The position numbers and the translations under genes were made by a program. A stretch of 64,000 nucleotides of DNA, taken from assembly GCA_965153455.1 (NCBI GenBank), contig OZ234493.1, forward strand, positions 1,426,001 through 1,490,000. The letters run 5' to 3'. Under the pieces are notes generated by a model. The model saw nothing but the letters and a program-made list of their open reading frames with translations. It had not been told where the DNA came from and ran no database searches. Below, piece after piece: positions 24,319 to 38,889 of the stretch. How positions within the stretch are numbered: position 1 is the stretch's first letter; every line of letters starts with the position of its first letter. The stretch is from Sphagnum compactum. Taxonomy: Eukaryota.

Positions 24319-25402
24319 GGACGACGACAAATCCCGGGCATTTGGAGCTGCTGTTGCACGGGCATCACCCCTGCTAGGACTATACATCTGCACCTCTTAT
24401 CGCACCTCTTCTTCCTCCCGACATTCAGAACTACCAAGAAGATAGAAACTTCCACATTCGAAGCTTGACCTCTGGGGGAAAAAAAACACAGGGAAAGCCT
24501 TATTTCCAACTACACTGTCGCTCCTTCACCGTCCTCCACTCGTTTGCTGCTGAAGAAAAACAGAATGCTACCACATGCTACCACATCTTGCTCCCTAATG
24601 TGGATGAAGTGGGTCTGACTGAGACCTCTTTCCCTCCTTCCTTCCTCCTGTTTCTTCCCTGCGTGGAAACATCCGAGAAAAGGTTTATTGATCTCTACTC
24701 CCCAAGAGGCTTCCCTACCCACAACAACGAAAAAAAGCTTTCTACCCACAAACCCACGACTCAACAAGTATCATTCTCGTCTCCTGCCGCACCCACAGAG
24801 CCGCTGATGGGTTGTTGGGTTTTCTCTTTTGCCCTAAAGCTCCTCGTCAAAATTACACTCGACCCGTTGTGACCCATTCCTTCTCTTTAGAATACGATCT
24901 CGCAACTCTACATAACAAGCGTGCTCATGAACTACAGCAACCTGTGGCCTTATACAGAGAAAACAGACTGCAACAACGACCGGACGTAGTCCAGATCCAC
25001 AAGAGAAACGTCAGACGGGACATCTGCCTATGAAACACTAACTCTGAGAGGGCTTACCAAAACAAAACAACAAATCCGCCTTCTTCTTCCTTCTCCTCCC
25101 TATACTTGTTGTTGCATCGTGAACCATCAAACTGCAAAATCCATAAACACCGTAAAATCCTCTTGTCGTCCGACCGCATCTGTCTAGAAGAACTACTAAT
25201 CTTCTCTCGGGTCTCTGTCTTTTGTCTCTGTTTATCTCCACATAATAACATCAGTTGCCTCCTCCTCCTGAGTCCTTCCCCAATCCTCTCACAACCCACT
25301 TGGTGTCGAAGAAGACCGAATAGCCCCGAACAAAAAGCTTCGGAACCGTTAGAAGAAGAAGCATCATCAGCCACACAAAAAAAACACTGGACGAACCCCA
25401 GA

Positions 25403-25468
25403 AACACACACACACACACACACTCTCTCTCTCTCTCTCTCTCCCTCTCTCCCCCTCTCTCTCTCTCT
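25403..25468. repeat. Compound (CA)n(CT)n microsatellite in the PWR-like 5' region
   Basis: Directly visible dinucleotide runs. Confidence 0.85.
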
Positions 25469-28400
25469 AAAATCCTCTCCCAACACGTCTCCTCCTCATC
25501 AGTGCCGAACTCGGCCCCCGCCGTTGTTGGCCTTCAAGCACCTTTCAAAATCTGGCTCACAAAAACGAAAAAGCACGAATCATGCGCATACCAGTCTCCA
25601 TCTTCTTCTAGTACTATTTCCTTCTTCGGCAACCCATCTTCTCCGCGACCCGTACAAAGAAAGCCATGCGAAAGGGAAGAAGCCAAACCCTTTTTTGCAG
25701 CGACGAAACTAGTAAGCCATGGTTGTGATGCAACAGACAAATCTTCTCAAGGAAGCGGGTGAGTGGGTGGGTCGGTGGGGTGGGGTCAGGGGGGTGTCAA
25801 AAACAAAAAAAAAAAAACCCTACTATTGAGAACACGAGAAGGGGAGCAATTGGGTTACGAGAAACGCAGCTGCCGGACACGTCAAGGGAGTGAGACAGAT
25901 GAAGAAGACGCAGGAGATGGAGGGAGAGAGAAGAGAAGAGACACAGCGACGACGATGATCGCAGACGCTCCTGTACAAGCGCGCTGTGCGAGAGAGAAAG
26001 ACAGAGAGAGAAGGAGACTGGAAAAAGCAGGCGTATCCCTAACCCTTGCACAGTGCCGTCGGAAAAATGGGGTTCTCTGGCCCACGACATTCTGGCTCGT
26101 AATTAGTGCTCAGCGCGCAATCCGTTCCAGTAGCGGGACCACGTCCTTTAAGTAACTCGCTCATTAGTTCACCCCCACACACACCCCCCCCCCGATTACG
26201 CGCTGCATTCACCGATTCCGTGCTGGATTCACGGGTCTAGAAACCGCCCCCCCCCCTCCCCTCCCCAAAACGACGGTGGGGGTCGGGGGGTAAAAGAAGA
26301 AAACGAATTTATTTACGACGGTGTTTCGGCCGGGTAAATGCTCGTTAGTTCCCACTTGTACCCTCCGGTTCCTAAACATACCCGGTCTCAGTTTTGCACC
26401 TTCCTCTCTCTTTCCTTTATGTTGTTACTCCATCACTTTTTCTTTTATTTTCGCATATTATTATTTTTAATTTTTCAAATGTTGCTATCTAACAGGGTTT
26501 TTTTTTTTTTTCGTTCAAATTTGTAAATATTGAAAAGTTGGTGATTTTCTTTTCCTGAAAATAGCCAAAAAAATAGTTGAATTTACACGTAAAGAATCCA
26601 AAAATTTCATAGTTCTTACAAATTTAATTGGAAAAAATCAAGGGTAGCCAGCCAGCCAGCCACACTTTTTTTGAATTTTGGCTTTTGTGCTGCATTTCAT
26701 GATTTTTAAAAAAATCATATTTAATAATTTTCAACATCTATTTCATCATCCATATTTGACTCTTTTTTTTTTTTAAACAAAAATACAATTCAAGTACCTA
26801 GCTAGCGTAAGTTGCAAATGATTAATAATCTTTCAATTATTTGATTGGGGATGGTGCATTGTTCATCTTGGATACGTTTGTTCCCCTAACTCAAACTTGT
26901 ATATCAACTACCCGGAGGATATATTAGAATCAAGTTACTCACATTCATGAAAGATGACTACCCCACCTACTCGTAAGTAAGTAAAAATCACGTGAAGCCA
27001 AAAAAGCAAGCAAGCAATCCACAAAATTGACTATGTTTCAAAATGGAGAGATGAGGAGGGCCCAAGTGAGAGAGAGAGAGAGAGAGCGAGTGAGCGGTAT
27101 TAAAAGAAGGGAGGAGAGAAGTAAGTTACCCATTCAATGCTCCTATGTAATGGGGGCGCGTACACGCTACTCACAACCATTTGATGACAAATTATGACAC
27201 AAGTAAAGGAGGGGAGAAGAGGGCTGGTGGGTGCAAAGGGTATTGTAAGAAGTATGTGGATTTTGGGTGGGTACCCCCAATATGGTATTGTGACTTAACA
27301 CCTTAACCTATGAGGATTTATTATGTAACCTTGTTACATTCTTTTTTCACAAAGCCCTTAATTATATACTAAGCCTAGCTTTGGGTTGCATCTCCAAATA
27401 TATAGTAACATCACAAGGTGAAGTTGTTATTCATGTTGTCTTTGAATAGCACTTGCCATCTCTCTCTCTCTCTCTATATATATAGAGAGATACATACAAA
27501 TCTATTTTCATGAAGGGAAGCTCTTTGTCATGCTTAGTTTTGGTGTTGGCATTATCTCAACATAGAGAGCATTGTTAGGTGAAATTCTTATTTTAGGGTT
27601 TAGTGGTTTCAGTCTATACACTTTGCATGTAACATAAGGAGACATGTGGAGAGGTTTTTTGGAGGATATTGGAAAGGCCTGACTTTGGTTGGTGCCTAGT
27701 ATATAATATATACAACACACAAATATGGACTATTGTGGGGAACCCTAAAATTGGAGATCACGGGATTCTGGGGCCTATGTTGACGGCTTTATTTCTGTTA
27801 TGAGTCACTTTACAGTAATACTGTTCTCCTTTTGGCATTTTGTGAAGCTTGTCGTTTGTAGTTTAGCCAGGAAATTTTTTAAGAAAATTTAAAAAAATCC
27901 TCGGGAAAGAAAGAGAGAAAATGAAAGCGTAGCTTAGAGAGCTTTTTGAATCGCTTGTTGTTGCTATTTGTTTGTTTTCTTGTATATTGGGGGGTTGGTG
28001 GTGGCTCCCCATCCCTCCCAAAAGCTTTTCCATTCTTGGACTTTTTCTCTTCTTATTTTATTCATGGGTACCCTAAAATTGGGCTTTGGCTTGGTTGTAT
28101 TCTAGTTCTTTCTGGTGGTGGTAGTGATAGAGTTGTTGGCTTTTCCTATTAAATAGAACAACCCACTTCGTCTAATGATATGCATTTGTTTGCTTGCCTG
28201 CCCGATGTGAAGTGAAGGTTTGTTTGGTGAAGGTAAACACCAACCCTAGGGGCAATTTTTTTACCTTAGTGCGACCATTTTTCCTTGAAGCCATTTTGCA
28301 ATGCCCCGCTCACAAGTTCACTATTACATGAAATGAAACAATTTGAAAGTCTAGATGCCACAGAAAGAGAGAGAAACCATAGTGGAAGCAAATAAGGCAT

Positions 28401-30391
28401 TTCTCATTGGGACCCATTTGCAAAGGAGTCCCCCCTTCTTGAAGAAGGAAAAGGAGGGAAGTACAAAAAAAGCATTGACCCCTCTACACCCTCCCCCCCC
28501 CCCCCCCAAACCCTACCCACAAAATATCATACTTTACCCACCCAATCCCCAAGTACTAAGAGTTGTTCCACAAATGAGGAAACTTTCAATTGGGAAAAAC
28601 ATCCTTAAACAAATGGGTTTTCACAAAAGAAAAAAAGCCAATAGTAAGTCTTCAAGCTTTTTAGCACACCTATGTGTGGAATAATTAATTAACTTTGAAG
28701 ACTTCACATGGAAAAATTAAAATAATGCAACCCAAATATTGGAAAGCATTCTCCGATTTCTCCTTCACAAAATTTGTTCTTCGAAAAAGAATTTTTTTTG
28801 AAAATTTCAACATTTCTGAGAAAAAGAAAGCAAGCGACTAAGGTACTTGGATAGTACCAACACCACCCCATCACTTGCCGAGAAACCACCACCATCACCA
28901 CCACCACAACAACAAACAAAATATTAAAAAAAGAAGAAAATCCTTTTTCAAGCACCCAAAAATAATAATAATAACAATAATAATAATAAACAAAAACCCT
29001 AATCTTACCAAGTAAAGAGTGGCAACCCAAATTAGTGCCCAAGACCCACCCTTTCTCCCCAATAGAAAAGGCACCCAAAAAAAAAACATTAAAGAAAAAA
29101 AAAAACCCCAAATCACTTCCCCCACCACACCCCACCCCAACCCCCCCCCCAAATAAATAAATAATAAAAGTTTTGTCCATAGGGGGTATGGCAGCTTTTT
29201 GGGCACTGTGTTGAGAGAAGCAATAATTGGAGGGAACGGAAATAGGGGAAGCCCATTAATTGCCGTAGGGGGGTAGAAACTGGAGCAGCGACGGTGGTAC
29301 TCGTTCACACGGCGGGAAAATCGATGTACACAGACCCCAGTAGGAAGCTCAGCGCGAAATTTCCCCCAAAAACAATAATAAATAGGTACCTATATCAAAC
29401 TGGTTTTTACTCCTGCAAGCTAGCGGTAACTTTACCAAACTTGGGCAGTAATAAGTAAGTAGTAAAAATAAATCCCCCGTCGTTTGTCGTTTCCTCAGAT
29501 ATTATGGGGCTCGACTTTATGGCGCGGCAGAAGCAGCCCATTCCGTTTTGGAATGGCAGGCGCAGAACAGTCCTGGTGAACAGAACCGATCTGTTTGTCC
29601 TTAACATTATTACGGGGGTCAAGATTTTTTATGCTCAGACAATCGATACATTCCAACGCAGAATCGACTACACCTGACAAACTGAAAAATTCGGAATGAA
29701 ATCGAAAAAAGGGCCCCATTCCAGGAATTTACCTCCCATTCCAGGATTCCAGCATTTACCCACCCCCGCCCCCAAGGAAGGGTAAATGAGAAAACGCAAG
29801 AGCAAGTAGAAAAGTAAAAATCTCTGCACAGTTTTTTTATCATTTAATAGAAAATATGTCAAAGACTTGGAATAGTTAATGAATGTGTGTGTGTGTGTAT
29901 TGGATGAAGATAACTAATGAAGGACACAGTCTTAAATGTCTAAATCCTTTAGAAATAAATCTATTTAATACTACTCAGAGTAAAATTATGGATGATATTG
30001 GATGAAAAATGCACCTTTAAAATAATAAATGGACATGCATCCATTAAATGAAACCTTTAAGAACTAAATATTATTGATTAATACCAAGAGGTTTGTGGAT
30101 GTTTATTGGATGAAGATAGTAAATGAACATAGGTCTTTAACTGAAACCTTGGGTTTCGTGTGTATTTATTGGTCATGTACAATTTTTTCCTTGTTTTTTC
30201 TTTGGTTTTTAACAACTTTTTGGGGTATTTGTTTACTATGGTAGCACATGTGGTAAGCAATTAATTAGGGGTCCTAAATGCACTGACAATCCCATTGGTG
30301 TGTGAATGAGGCACTTTTTATTCATTGCACATCAAAGTATGTCCAAATGGGCCTCCCATTAATATCCGTATGCAAACATGGGATGACTTGG

Positions 30392-30613
30392 ATGATGGTG
30401 AGATGTGTGGTCATCCAATAGTATGATTGTGAGATGGGTGGTCATCCAATGGTATGATTGTGAGATGGGTGGTCATCCAATGGAATGATGGCGAAATGGG
30501 TGGTCATCCAATAATGATGGCGGAATGGGTGGTCATCCAATGGAATGATGGTGAGATGGGTGGTCATCCAATGGAATGATCGTGAAATGGGTGGTCATCC
30601 AATGGAATGATGG
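30392..30613. repeat. Minisatellite, about 7 copies of a 31-bp unit
   Basis: Consensus ATGATGGTGAGATGGGTGGTCATCCAATGGA; the GGTCATCCA core recurs 7 times at 29-31 bp spacing with no unique spacers. Confidence 0.92.
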
Positions 30614-33600
30614 TCATATGGACATGATGAACATGTGCATGGAATCATACATGGGCAATGCATGAAATATTGTGAACTCCAATGGGTCAAAAATACAAGT
30701 GTTGTCAAAGATAGCCATTGAACTTTGAAGGCATAAATTAACAAATTAGTGCCTAAAATATAAAACTAGGAAAAAGGCTTAAAACAAGTGGTAGTATTTG
30801 GCATATATATATATATAGGATCAAAAATTCGTGTTTTTCATAGGAATCCATTTTTAAAAAAGATGATTACAACCCCCACCAAAATAATTATTATTATATG
30901 ATTTTTTAAAAATAACATTTTATTTATTTTGGGTAAAATTGTATGTGAAAGGAGGAAGGCACAACTCCAAGTAAGTTGCTCAAGAGGCACAACATTGTGG
31001 CACACATCATCTCACCTTTTACAAAACCATTATAGCATTTGTGTCTATCCAAAAAAGTCACCAATTTCAACAAATGATACCACATGGTACGTTCCATATC
31101 TAATATTCTACCAACAAAATCCCCCACAAAAGACTTTTTATATACACCCCACCTTGGACCTATGGGATAGGGAAAAGAGAAATTGTCTCACACACTAACT
31201 AGTAGCTTGGACTCATTTCCAAGGTGGGCTCATGTTCAAGGCCCCAAAAAAAAAAAAAATCATTCACTCACACACCAACTCTCCTACTAGCCTAGTATGT
31301 GTCATCATAAGTGATTTTTTATTTTTATTTTTATTTTATATTTTTTTCAATAATTGAATTTTTTATTCACTATTACAAAAAAATTCTAGAAGGGTTGACC
31401 TAGAAATTGCCTTGCAAAAAAAAAGAGAAAAAAAATTACCCTTCAAAGGTGGTTGCACATTCTCATGTTACATTACGTAATGAAAAATTCACTTATCAAG
31501 TTGACAATAGACGGAAAGTGTGAAATTTTTCAATAGTGTAAAGTACTAGAGCACGGCCGGTTGTATATCATATAGTTTATTAGCAAGCAAAGCAAAGGAA
31601 AAGGATGGCCATTATGCAGCACAAGTACAAAGGAAATATCGGAATCAACAATGATGGCCAATTCCACCATTTAAAAAACAACTTCAAAACTTGTTGATTC
31701 AAACATATATGAACATTTTTAGTGTCGAATCAAAAGGTGGATTTTGGATGGATGGATGATCTATGATTTGGATGGATGGATGATTTATGATTTTGAACCA
31801 AAATTTTTGAGAAATACGGAAAATTCCTTGAGGCAAAATTTAAACCTATAATTGGGTTGTGACATATTATCATTCTCATCAATTTTTTCATCAAGTGCTA
31901 CCAATTTCTTGCACTTTCCGAAGTCATAATGCTTGGGAATGTTATAAGCAATATCAATCATGTGTACAAAATTATATATACCAAAAGGTCACTTCATGAA
32001 GGGTTCACAAGTGTTTCATGTTGCATGTGAAAACCAAACATGTTATTCAAATATCATTATAATGTGAACAAAATTGATCATATTATTGTCTTAAAACAAT
32101 GGATTAAAATTCTTTAAGTGCTTAATCCACATGCATGCATATGAACAAAGGAGTCTTAAAAAATTCATTTTAATCATCTTCATCAAATATTTAATATTTG
32201 ATATTCTCATTTTTTGATATTTGATATTTTTAAATAATTACTTTTTTTTTACAAATGTTATTTCCAAATATGGAAAATCATGTTTAAATATTCTTAATTT
32301 AACATATGATAGATACCATAACACCTTAATGGATTTGGAACTAATTAAATCATTTTTAAATTGTCAATTTTAATTTTTTAAAATACTTGTTGCACAAAAT
32401 GCCAAAATTTTGAAATTTGGTAATGGCATTTAATTTTAACTTTCATTCATCTTCATATTAAGTATGTCATAAAATGCGAATTAAAGAAAAGAAACATTGC
32501 CCATTTGGTGAAGAATTTTGATTATCAAAATCATTGTTTCTTAAATTCCTCTAGGGATCAAATGGTTGATCATTGTTTTTATTATCCCCATTTAACCACT
32601 AGCTTGAAAGACTTTAGTTGAAATCCATAGGGGGCACTTATAGCATAACCTTTGTTTCTTTTCTATTGCTACAAAATAAAGTAATTAGCAATGTTTTCTT
32701 TGACAATTTTTTGTAAATTGATGAATTTTTTCAAAAAATGAAAAAAACATGCATAATTTGTGAATTTTAAAGATTTTTAATTAAATTAATCACATCTCGA
32801 CTTAGGCACTTCTTAGGTCACCACTATTAGTAACATTTTTGTAAAAATGTTACAACCCACCTAAGGCAATTGTCATTTAATGTGAATTAATGTTGGGGAT
32901 CCTTGCCAATGGACCTACTCAAGGAATTTTGAAAAAAAATTCTTAGTAACTAGATTTTGGAAAAAAACCATATTGTTCATAAGGTGGAGATGGCTAGCAA
33001 AATTTGTTATTAATTTCATAGATATTAAAGCCTTGAGAACAATTATGTCTCAACGACATATTCAACCTTATTGACAAACAAAAATTAATGTTAATGAGCA
33101 TGCAACAAAAACCCAGAATGTAGCACTTGAATGGTGTGCATCAAAATGGAAGAAAAATGATTTTCTCTTTTGAAAATGGCAAAAATATAGATAGTTTTAT
33201 AATGAGAAATGAAAAAATGAAAAAATATATTTAATGTGTCAAAGTGCATTTTAAAAAATTAGTTAATTATTCAATGTTGAGATGCCAAATTCGTTCAAGG
33301 TACTACATGCATTAGGCACATTGAGATTTTAAGTTTTAAATTATGTTCAAAATATATCATACTCCTAATTTGACATTAACAAAATGTTTTGTTATTCTTT
33401 TTAAAAAGTGATAATTAGGTTGAAATTTTTAAAAGATATAAATATTTTGTTCTTTCCATGTGTTCTTTTTTTCTTGCATGGGGAGGTCACTTCCATTTAC
33501 TCCAAAAAAATGCAAAAAAATAAGATGCAACTTATTGATATGAAGTAAGACTTTTGATTTATTTAAATTTAAATAGGTTACTTGTAATTCATTATGAAAA

Positions 33601-36600
33601 TATATGTAGAATATATGTAATGTATTTATATTATAATTAAAATATACAAATAATGACTTCCTTAGGTTTTTTTAATTCAATAGGTCTTGTATAGTATTTC
33701 ACGCAAAAAACCCTTTTTAATATGTGCACATGAGAAAGTTGACATCTTGATAGAGTAATAATGATTATTTCATTGTTTTAAAATAAATTATTCAACTTTC
33801 TTTAACTTCATGAAAATCCAATTGATGCTAGGTTTTAGTTAATTAATATTCAACCTTGTATAATACAATTCAAGCTTGTATTATTATTATTCAAGCCTAA
33901 TATTCTTAATGCATGAAACTAGTACAAAGGCCAATGGTTAGATAGTTAATCATGTAGTGAATGTGTCTTCACCAAAGGAGGTCATCACCCCTTGTTGTTA
34001 GCAACTTGACAAACCAAAAAACATGTTTCATTTAAGGTTGGGAATAAATTGAAGCTTTGCAATGCTAACATTCTCTCAATGGCTCCATCAATTTTTATCA
34101 AGATGAATATTTCACCAATGCCCTCAACCTAATGCCCTAAGTCATTGGCAATAACCATTGGCTATTCTTAACCAAAATTGGAACAAAGTTGGTCATCCAT
34201 TCCTTCCTCCTTCCTATCCAACACGTGCTTCATACAATGTTGGAAAACTATTTTCAAAGTATAATAACTTATACTCCCATGTTTACCAAAATAAATGAAT
34301 TTCTTAATAAAAACTGCAAAGTGATAAAATTATCTTGATTTTGGGAAAAGAACTTGGGAAATTTTGGAAAAAAAACGATTCTAAGATGACTAACCTTTCA
34401 TGAACTACAAAATGTATTATTCGAAAATGTCGTTGGTATGTAATGTCCTTAATGAATTACATAATATATTATGAAAGTAATGCATACTAGTTGATGCCAT
34501 GGTGAGCCCATGATGATTTTGTTACCCAAATTTGTTTCCAAGTTGTATTAACCATTTGCTTTGTTTATTTATGTAGTTGAGGTGATTCAAAAATGCTTGT
34601 GTCATCCTTGTTATCCCAAATTTTCACACCATGATTTTAATCGCAAAATATTTCTAAAGGCATGCCCCAATATTATAAAATATCATCGTTAAATAATCAA
34701 AATCTACCACCAATGCCACAAATGACAAACCAAGAATGCACCATGGAAAAAATAATGTATCACATTCATCTTATGTGATGATCGAAATTTTGAAGATCCA
34801 CTTTACAAAATCTAAGTAATTAATGAAAATGAATCCATTCAACTTTCATCTCATTCAATATTTGGCATTCACCATTAAAGCTCAAGACTTTAATTTTTTA
34901 CATTCATGGTGGTCCAAGGACCTTAGTTCTTATATTTTGATTATATATATATTTTTAATGGACACTTCATAGCCCAAAAGATGTTGCAATTTGCATTTTT
35001 CTTCAAATCTTTAACCTCATTGTTGTTTCATTTTAAATTTGTGTTTATATGCATACAAGGGTTATAATATTTGTGTATTAATATACAAAGGGTGTTGAAT
35101 AAAGTTATGTGCAGCTATCCAAAAACTTTGTTATGGCCAATGAGATTGTTGGATTTAGCGATCTTCTTTTTTTCTTAGTTATCTTAAATGAACTATAATT
35201 AAATGTGTAATAGAATTTGGTAGGTTTGTGAGAATTTTAGAGGACCAATGGAAATGCTAGAAACGGACCATTATTTTTAATGTTTAGCAAAATAAGGTTA
35301 TATGTAGGTCTACAGTTTATTTTTTTATAGGCCAATGGGATTGCTAGATTTTGTGATTTCAATTTGTTTCTTATTATCTTGAATCAACTAATTAACAGTC
35401 CAATGTTTAATAATTATTTACAAATAAAGTTTTAACACATCAATTGTGCACTTTGTTTAATTTTTTTATCTTTCCCTTTCCCATCTATTGTCTTCCCATA
35501 TGATTAAATGAAGTTAAATTTTACTAACATTTGCCATAAGGCTTTCGAAATACATCTTGCACAAATTCCATATTGCTTCATTAGAATCAAATCACCACAA
35601 CTTGACTAGTTTGATCGTTTGATGAAAAAGTATCCTATGCATAGAACACAACATTATAATGCAATGGTAGACTATGCAAAAGAAAGATACCATACTTACA
35701 ATTCATGTTTCACAAATCTTTTCAAAATACCTTTTTTTTGGAAAAAAAGGTTTGATGGCTTCAAGTTGAACACTTCAAAATTTCAACAATAGTTGGTGGG
35801 TGAAAACATGGTAAAGTGTACAACTAAAAGTACTTGTTAATCTACTTGTCAAGTGAACAAAAAGTGGGACCAAAACCCATCACAAATTTGTTATACATTC
35901 AATCTTTTGAATTGAATGATAAATAACACAATACTTCTTTGTTATTATGCATTACTTTTTAAATTTTCCATTGTAAAAGTAGGTTTCAAGTAGACTTTTC
36001 TAAATGCAAGTAGCTTTTGAAACTTATTTTTTGTATTGTAACATTTGAATCAAGTATGTGTCAAATATATTCTACCAAAGATAAAGTAGATTTGTTTTTA
36101 ATGAGGCCCTTGAATATACAATGATATTTATGTTGTAATTCATACATGTATATTTCATTAAATTTTCTAATGAAAAAGTGGGTTTGAACACCATATTGAC
36201 TAATCAATTTCAAACCTACTTATTCCTAACTTTTATTATTCCAAAAATTTTGGAATTTTGTAGTTGATTTACAATAAACCCAATTGAGGGCTTAATAGTT
36301 TCAAAATGAAATTTAAGTAAAATTTGAATCTACTTTCTTGTTTATTCATGAAAAACTGCCTCTTTTTTAACTTGATATTTTTTGGCAACTTTTTATGTAT
36401 ACCTTACCATGTTTTCACCTTGGTAAATATGTTAAGTTCACTTATAAGTTTGAAGTTATGTTGGTACTCTAATGTTTATATTTTTTATTATATTAAATAA
36501 ATATTGGGTTCAATTCTCTATAATATATTTATATATTAAATGAGATAGTTTTTGCAAATTGTTATTAGTTTTTCCCCTTTTTTTGGTTGGCCCTCTAAAA

Positions 36601-38889
36601 ATTAATTAATGTTAAGCATGACTCATAAAATGGTAATATGCATAGGATTATGGGACAGATTCACTAAATTCATTCAATTTTCAAGCCATGTTTTGTATTT
36701 TGGATATGTATACATATCACTACAACACATTGTGTCCTTTTCAACCAGACCCAAAAACAATTGTTGTCTTTTTTTATTACATCTATAATTACTTAGTCAC
36801 ATAAACCATTGAGTAATAGTAAAAGGATATCTACATGCCAATTGGCATCATGGTTTTGCAACTATAATTAATATGATAACATTTTAATTTTTGGGGTAAA
36901 CCATTCCATTATTCTTCAATTTGTGTTCATATATATTTGTAATGTGGCATCAATTAATCAAAAATATTATTGACCTTTCACAACACTAAAACATGTCTTT
37001 CATGACTAGAACATTTTCCAATTATGTCTTAATTTAGTCATCTAGGACAATCCCTTTGTTGGATTCGCTAGCCCTTTTTTTTGTCGCAAGGTGGCGAAAA
37101 TTCACCACAAAAAAAAACCCTACTTAAATCATTAAAAATAACAATAATATGTAAAGATTTGTCAAAGCTAGGTAATTCATTATTTATATAAGTGCTGATT
37201 AATCTTATTAAAAAAAATGGTTTTGATAATTAAATAGTTATATTGACTACTATTAATGTTTTTTCTTGTGGCCAATTTTTGTAATGTTTAAAGGGCAACA
37301 ACATTAAGAAAATATGTTTTATCAAATTAATTTTTTTATAATAAAATATAACAAGTAAACATAATATTGAAATATTTAAACAAGTTTTTAACTACACAAC
37401 TTGTTTATAACCAAATGTGGCAATTTTGTTTATAAGATGATTACCATTTTATCAACATTGTAAAAATAAATTAAAAATTTGTACCTAATCATATTGGGGA
37501 AAATATAACTTGCAATTCCATAAAAATTGGAAATTTATGTATTAAAAATAAAATTGTAAGAGATTTAATGAATGCATTTTTAAATTGACATTGAATTTAC
37601 AAAGATTTCAGGTCAATCTAAACAAAAAAATAATAATTGTAGATTTATTCATGACATGCAATTCAGTTTTTTTAACTTTAAAATTTAATTTTTGTAAATT
37701 TTAATTATCTTTTTGAATAAATTATTGATTAAAAATATTTCTATGTTTTGATTACAAATCTTAAAACCCATTGTAGAACTAAAGAATTCTTTAAATTAAT
37801 TTTTAAAAATAAATTAAATATATATATTTTAAAAGATTGAAAATCTTTTGTTGATGTTGATGGCTTTTTTTATGTTTGCAAAATGTTGAAAATTCACCAC
37901 AAAAAAAACCATTGGTTCCATCATTAATATTTATTTTAAATTCTTAAAAAAGTTGGATAAGGTTTATGATGATTTGAAATATTGAATTTAAATGGTTTCA
38001 AACAAATTTGATGTTGGAATTGTTTATGTGTTTAAAGTTGGAATTATTATAATTAATTTAAAAATTTTATTCATTAAAAGTTTTTTTAAAAATTAAAATT
38101 TTTGATCCCAATTGTTTCACAAATTTTTTGTCATTTAAATGTTACTTTGAATTTTCACTTTTTTTGCCATTTTTTTTCCAAACAAGAATTCCCAAGTTAA
38201 ACAAATTTCTAATTAAAAAAATGTTGGTTGGGGGGAAATGGGGCTAATCCAACTATTTAAAATTGTATGGATTTTTAATGAGTGATGCATCCATTGAAAA
38301 TGCATGTATGTCAATGAATTGTTTAGTTAGGTCTTGTTCATTTTTAGTAAATTAATTCATTAATCACCACATAATCCCCATTTCACAATTGGTTAAATTT
38401 TATATTTATTTTTGTATTAAAATAGGATTTTTTTGGAATTTTGTATTTACTGAAAATGAGTCACCCAACTTGCAACCATGTAGGAACATGTTCTTTAAGT
38501 TGGCATAATTGAAGAAATGGAACAAACAAGTTAAAATGAAAATTAAAATGGCTTGATTCCTTAGTTCAAATGTTCAAGTTTAACATTCAAAAGATCACAT
38601 CAAATTACACAAACCTTGAATAAAAATTATTTTAATATTGTAATTAGAGCCAATTTTAGTTCATGGTTCACATGACTTCACAAGGTTTGTTTTGGCTGCA
38701 CTTGGGAAAAAGCACCACCTTACTCCTTATATTACATTTTATAGTTCTTCATGGCCAAAATAAAATGTTTCTTTCTTATCACATTTATTTAAATGATGCA
38801 TCTTTAAATGTATCCCAAAGTATAAGGGATGAACCTGTAAATGGCAATAATGAAAAAAATAAAAATAATAATAATTCAAAACATGTTCT

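Noticed and set aside
25106..26155. 218-aa and 130-aa + strand ORFs upstream of the PWR-like gene
   Set aside because: Low-complexity translation of microsatellite-rich promoter/5' leader sequence; no domain signal.
29270..29310. GAGCAGCGAC word reminiscent of plant SRP (7SL) RNA
   Set aside because: The flanking conserved SRP sequence and a Pol III USE/TATA promoter are not visible; too short to call.
30392..30613. Regularly spaced ~31-bp repeats resembling a CRISPR array
   Set aside because: Units are contiguous with no unique spacers, there are no cas genes, and the context is eukaryotic; this is a minisatellite.
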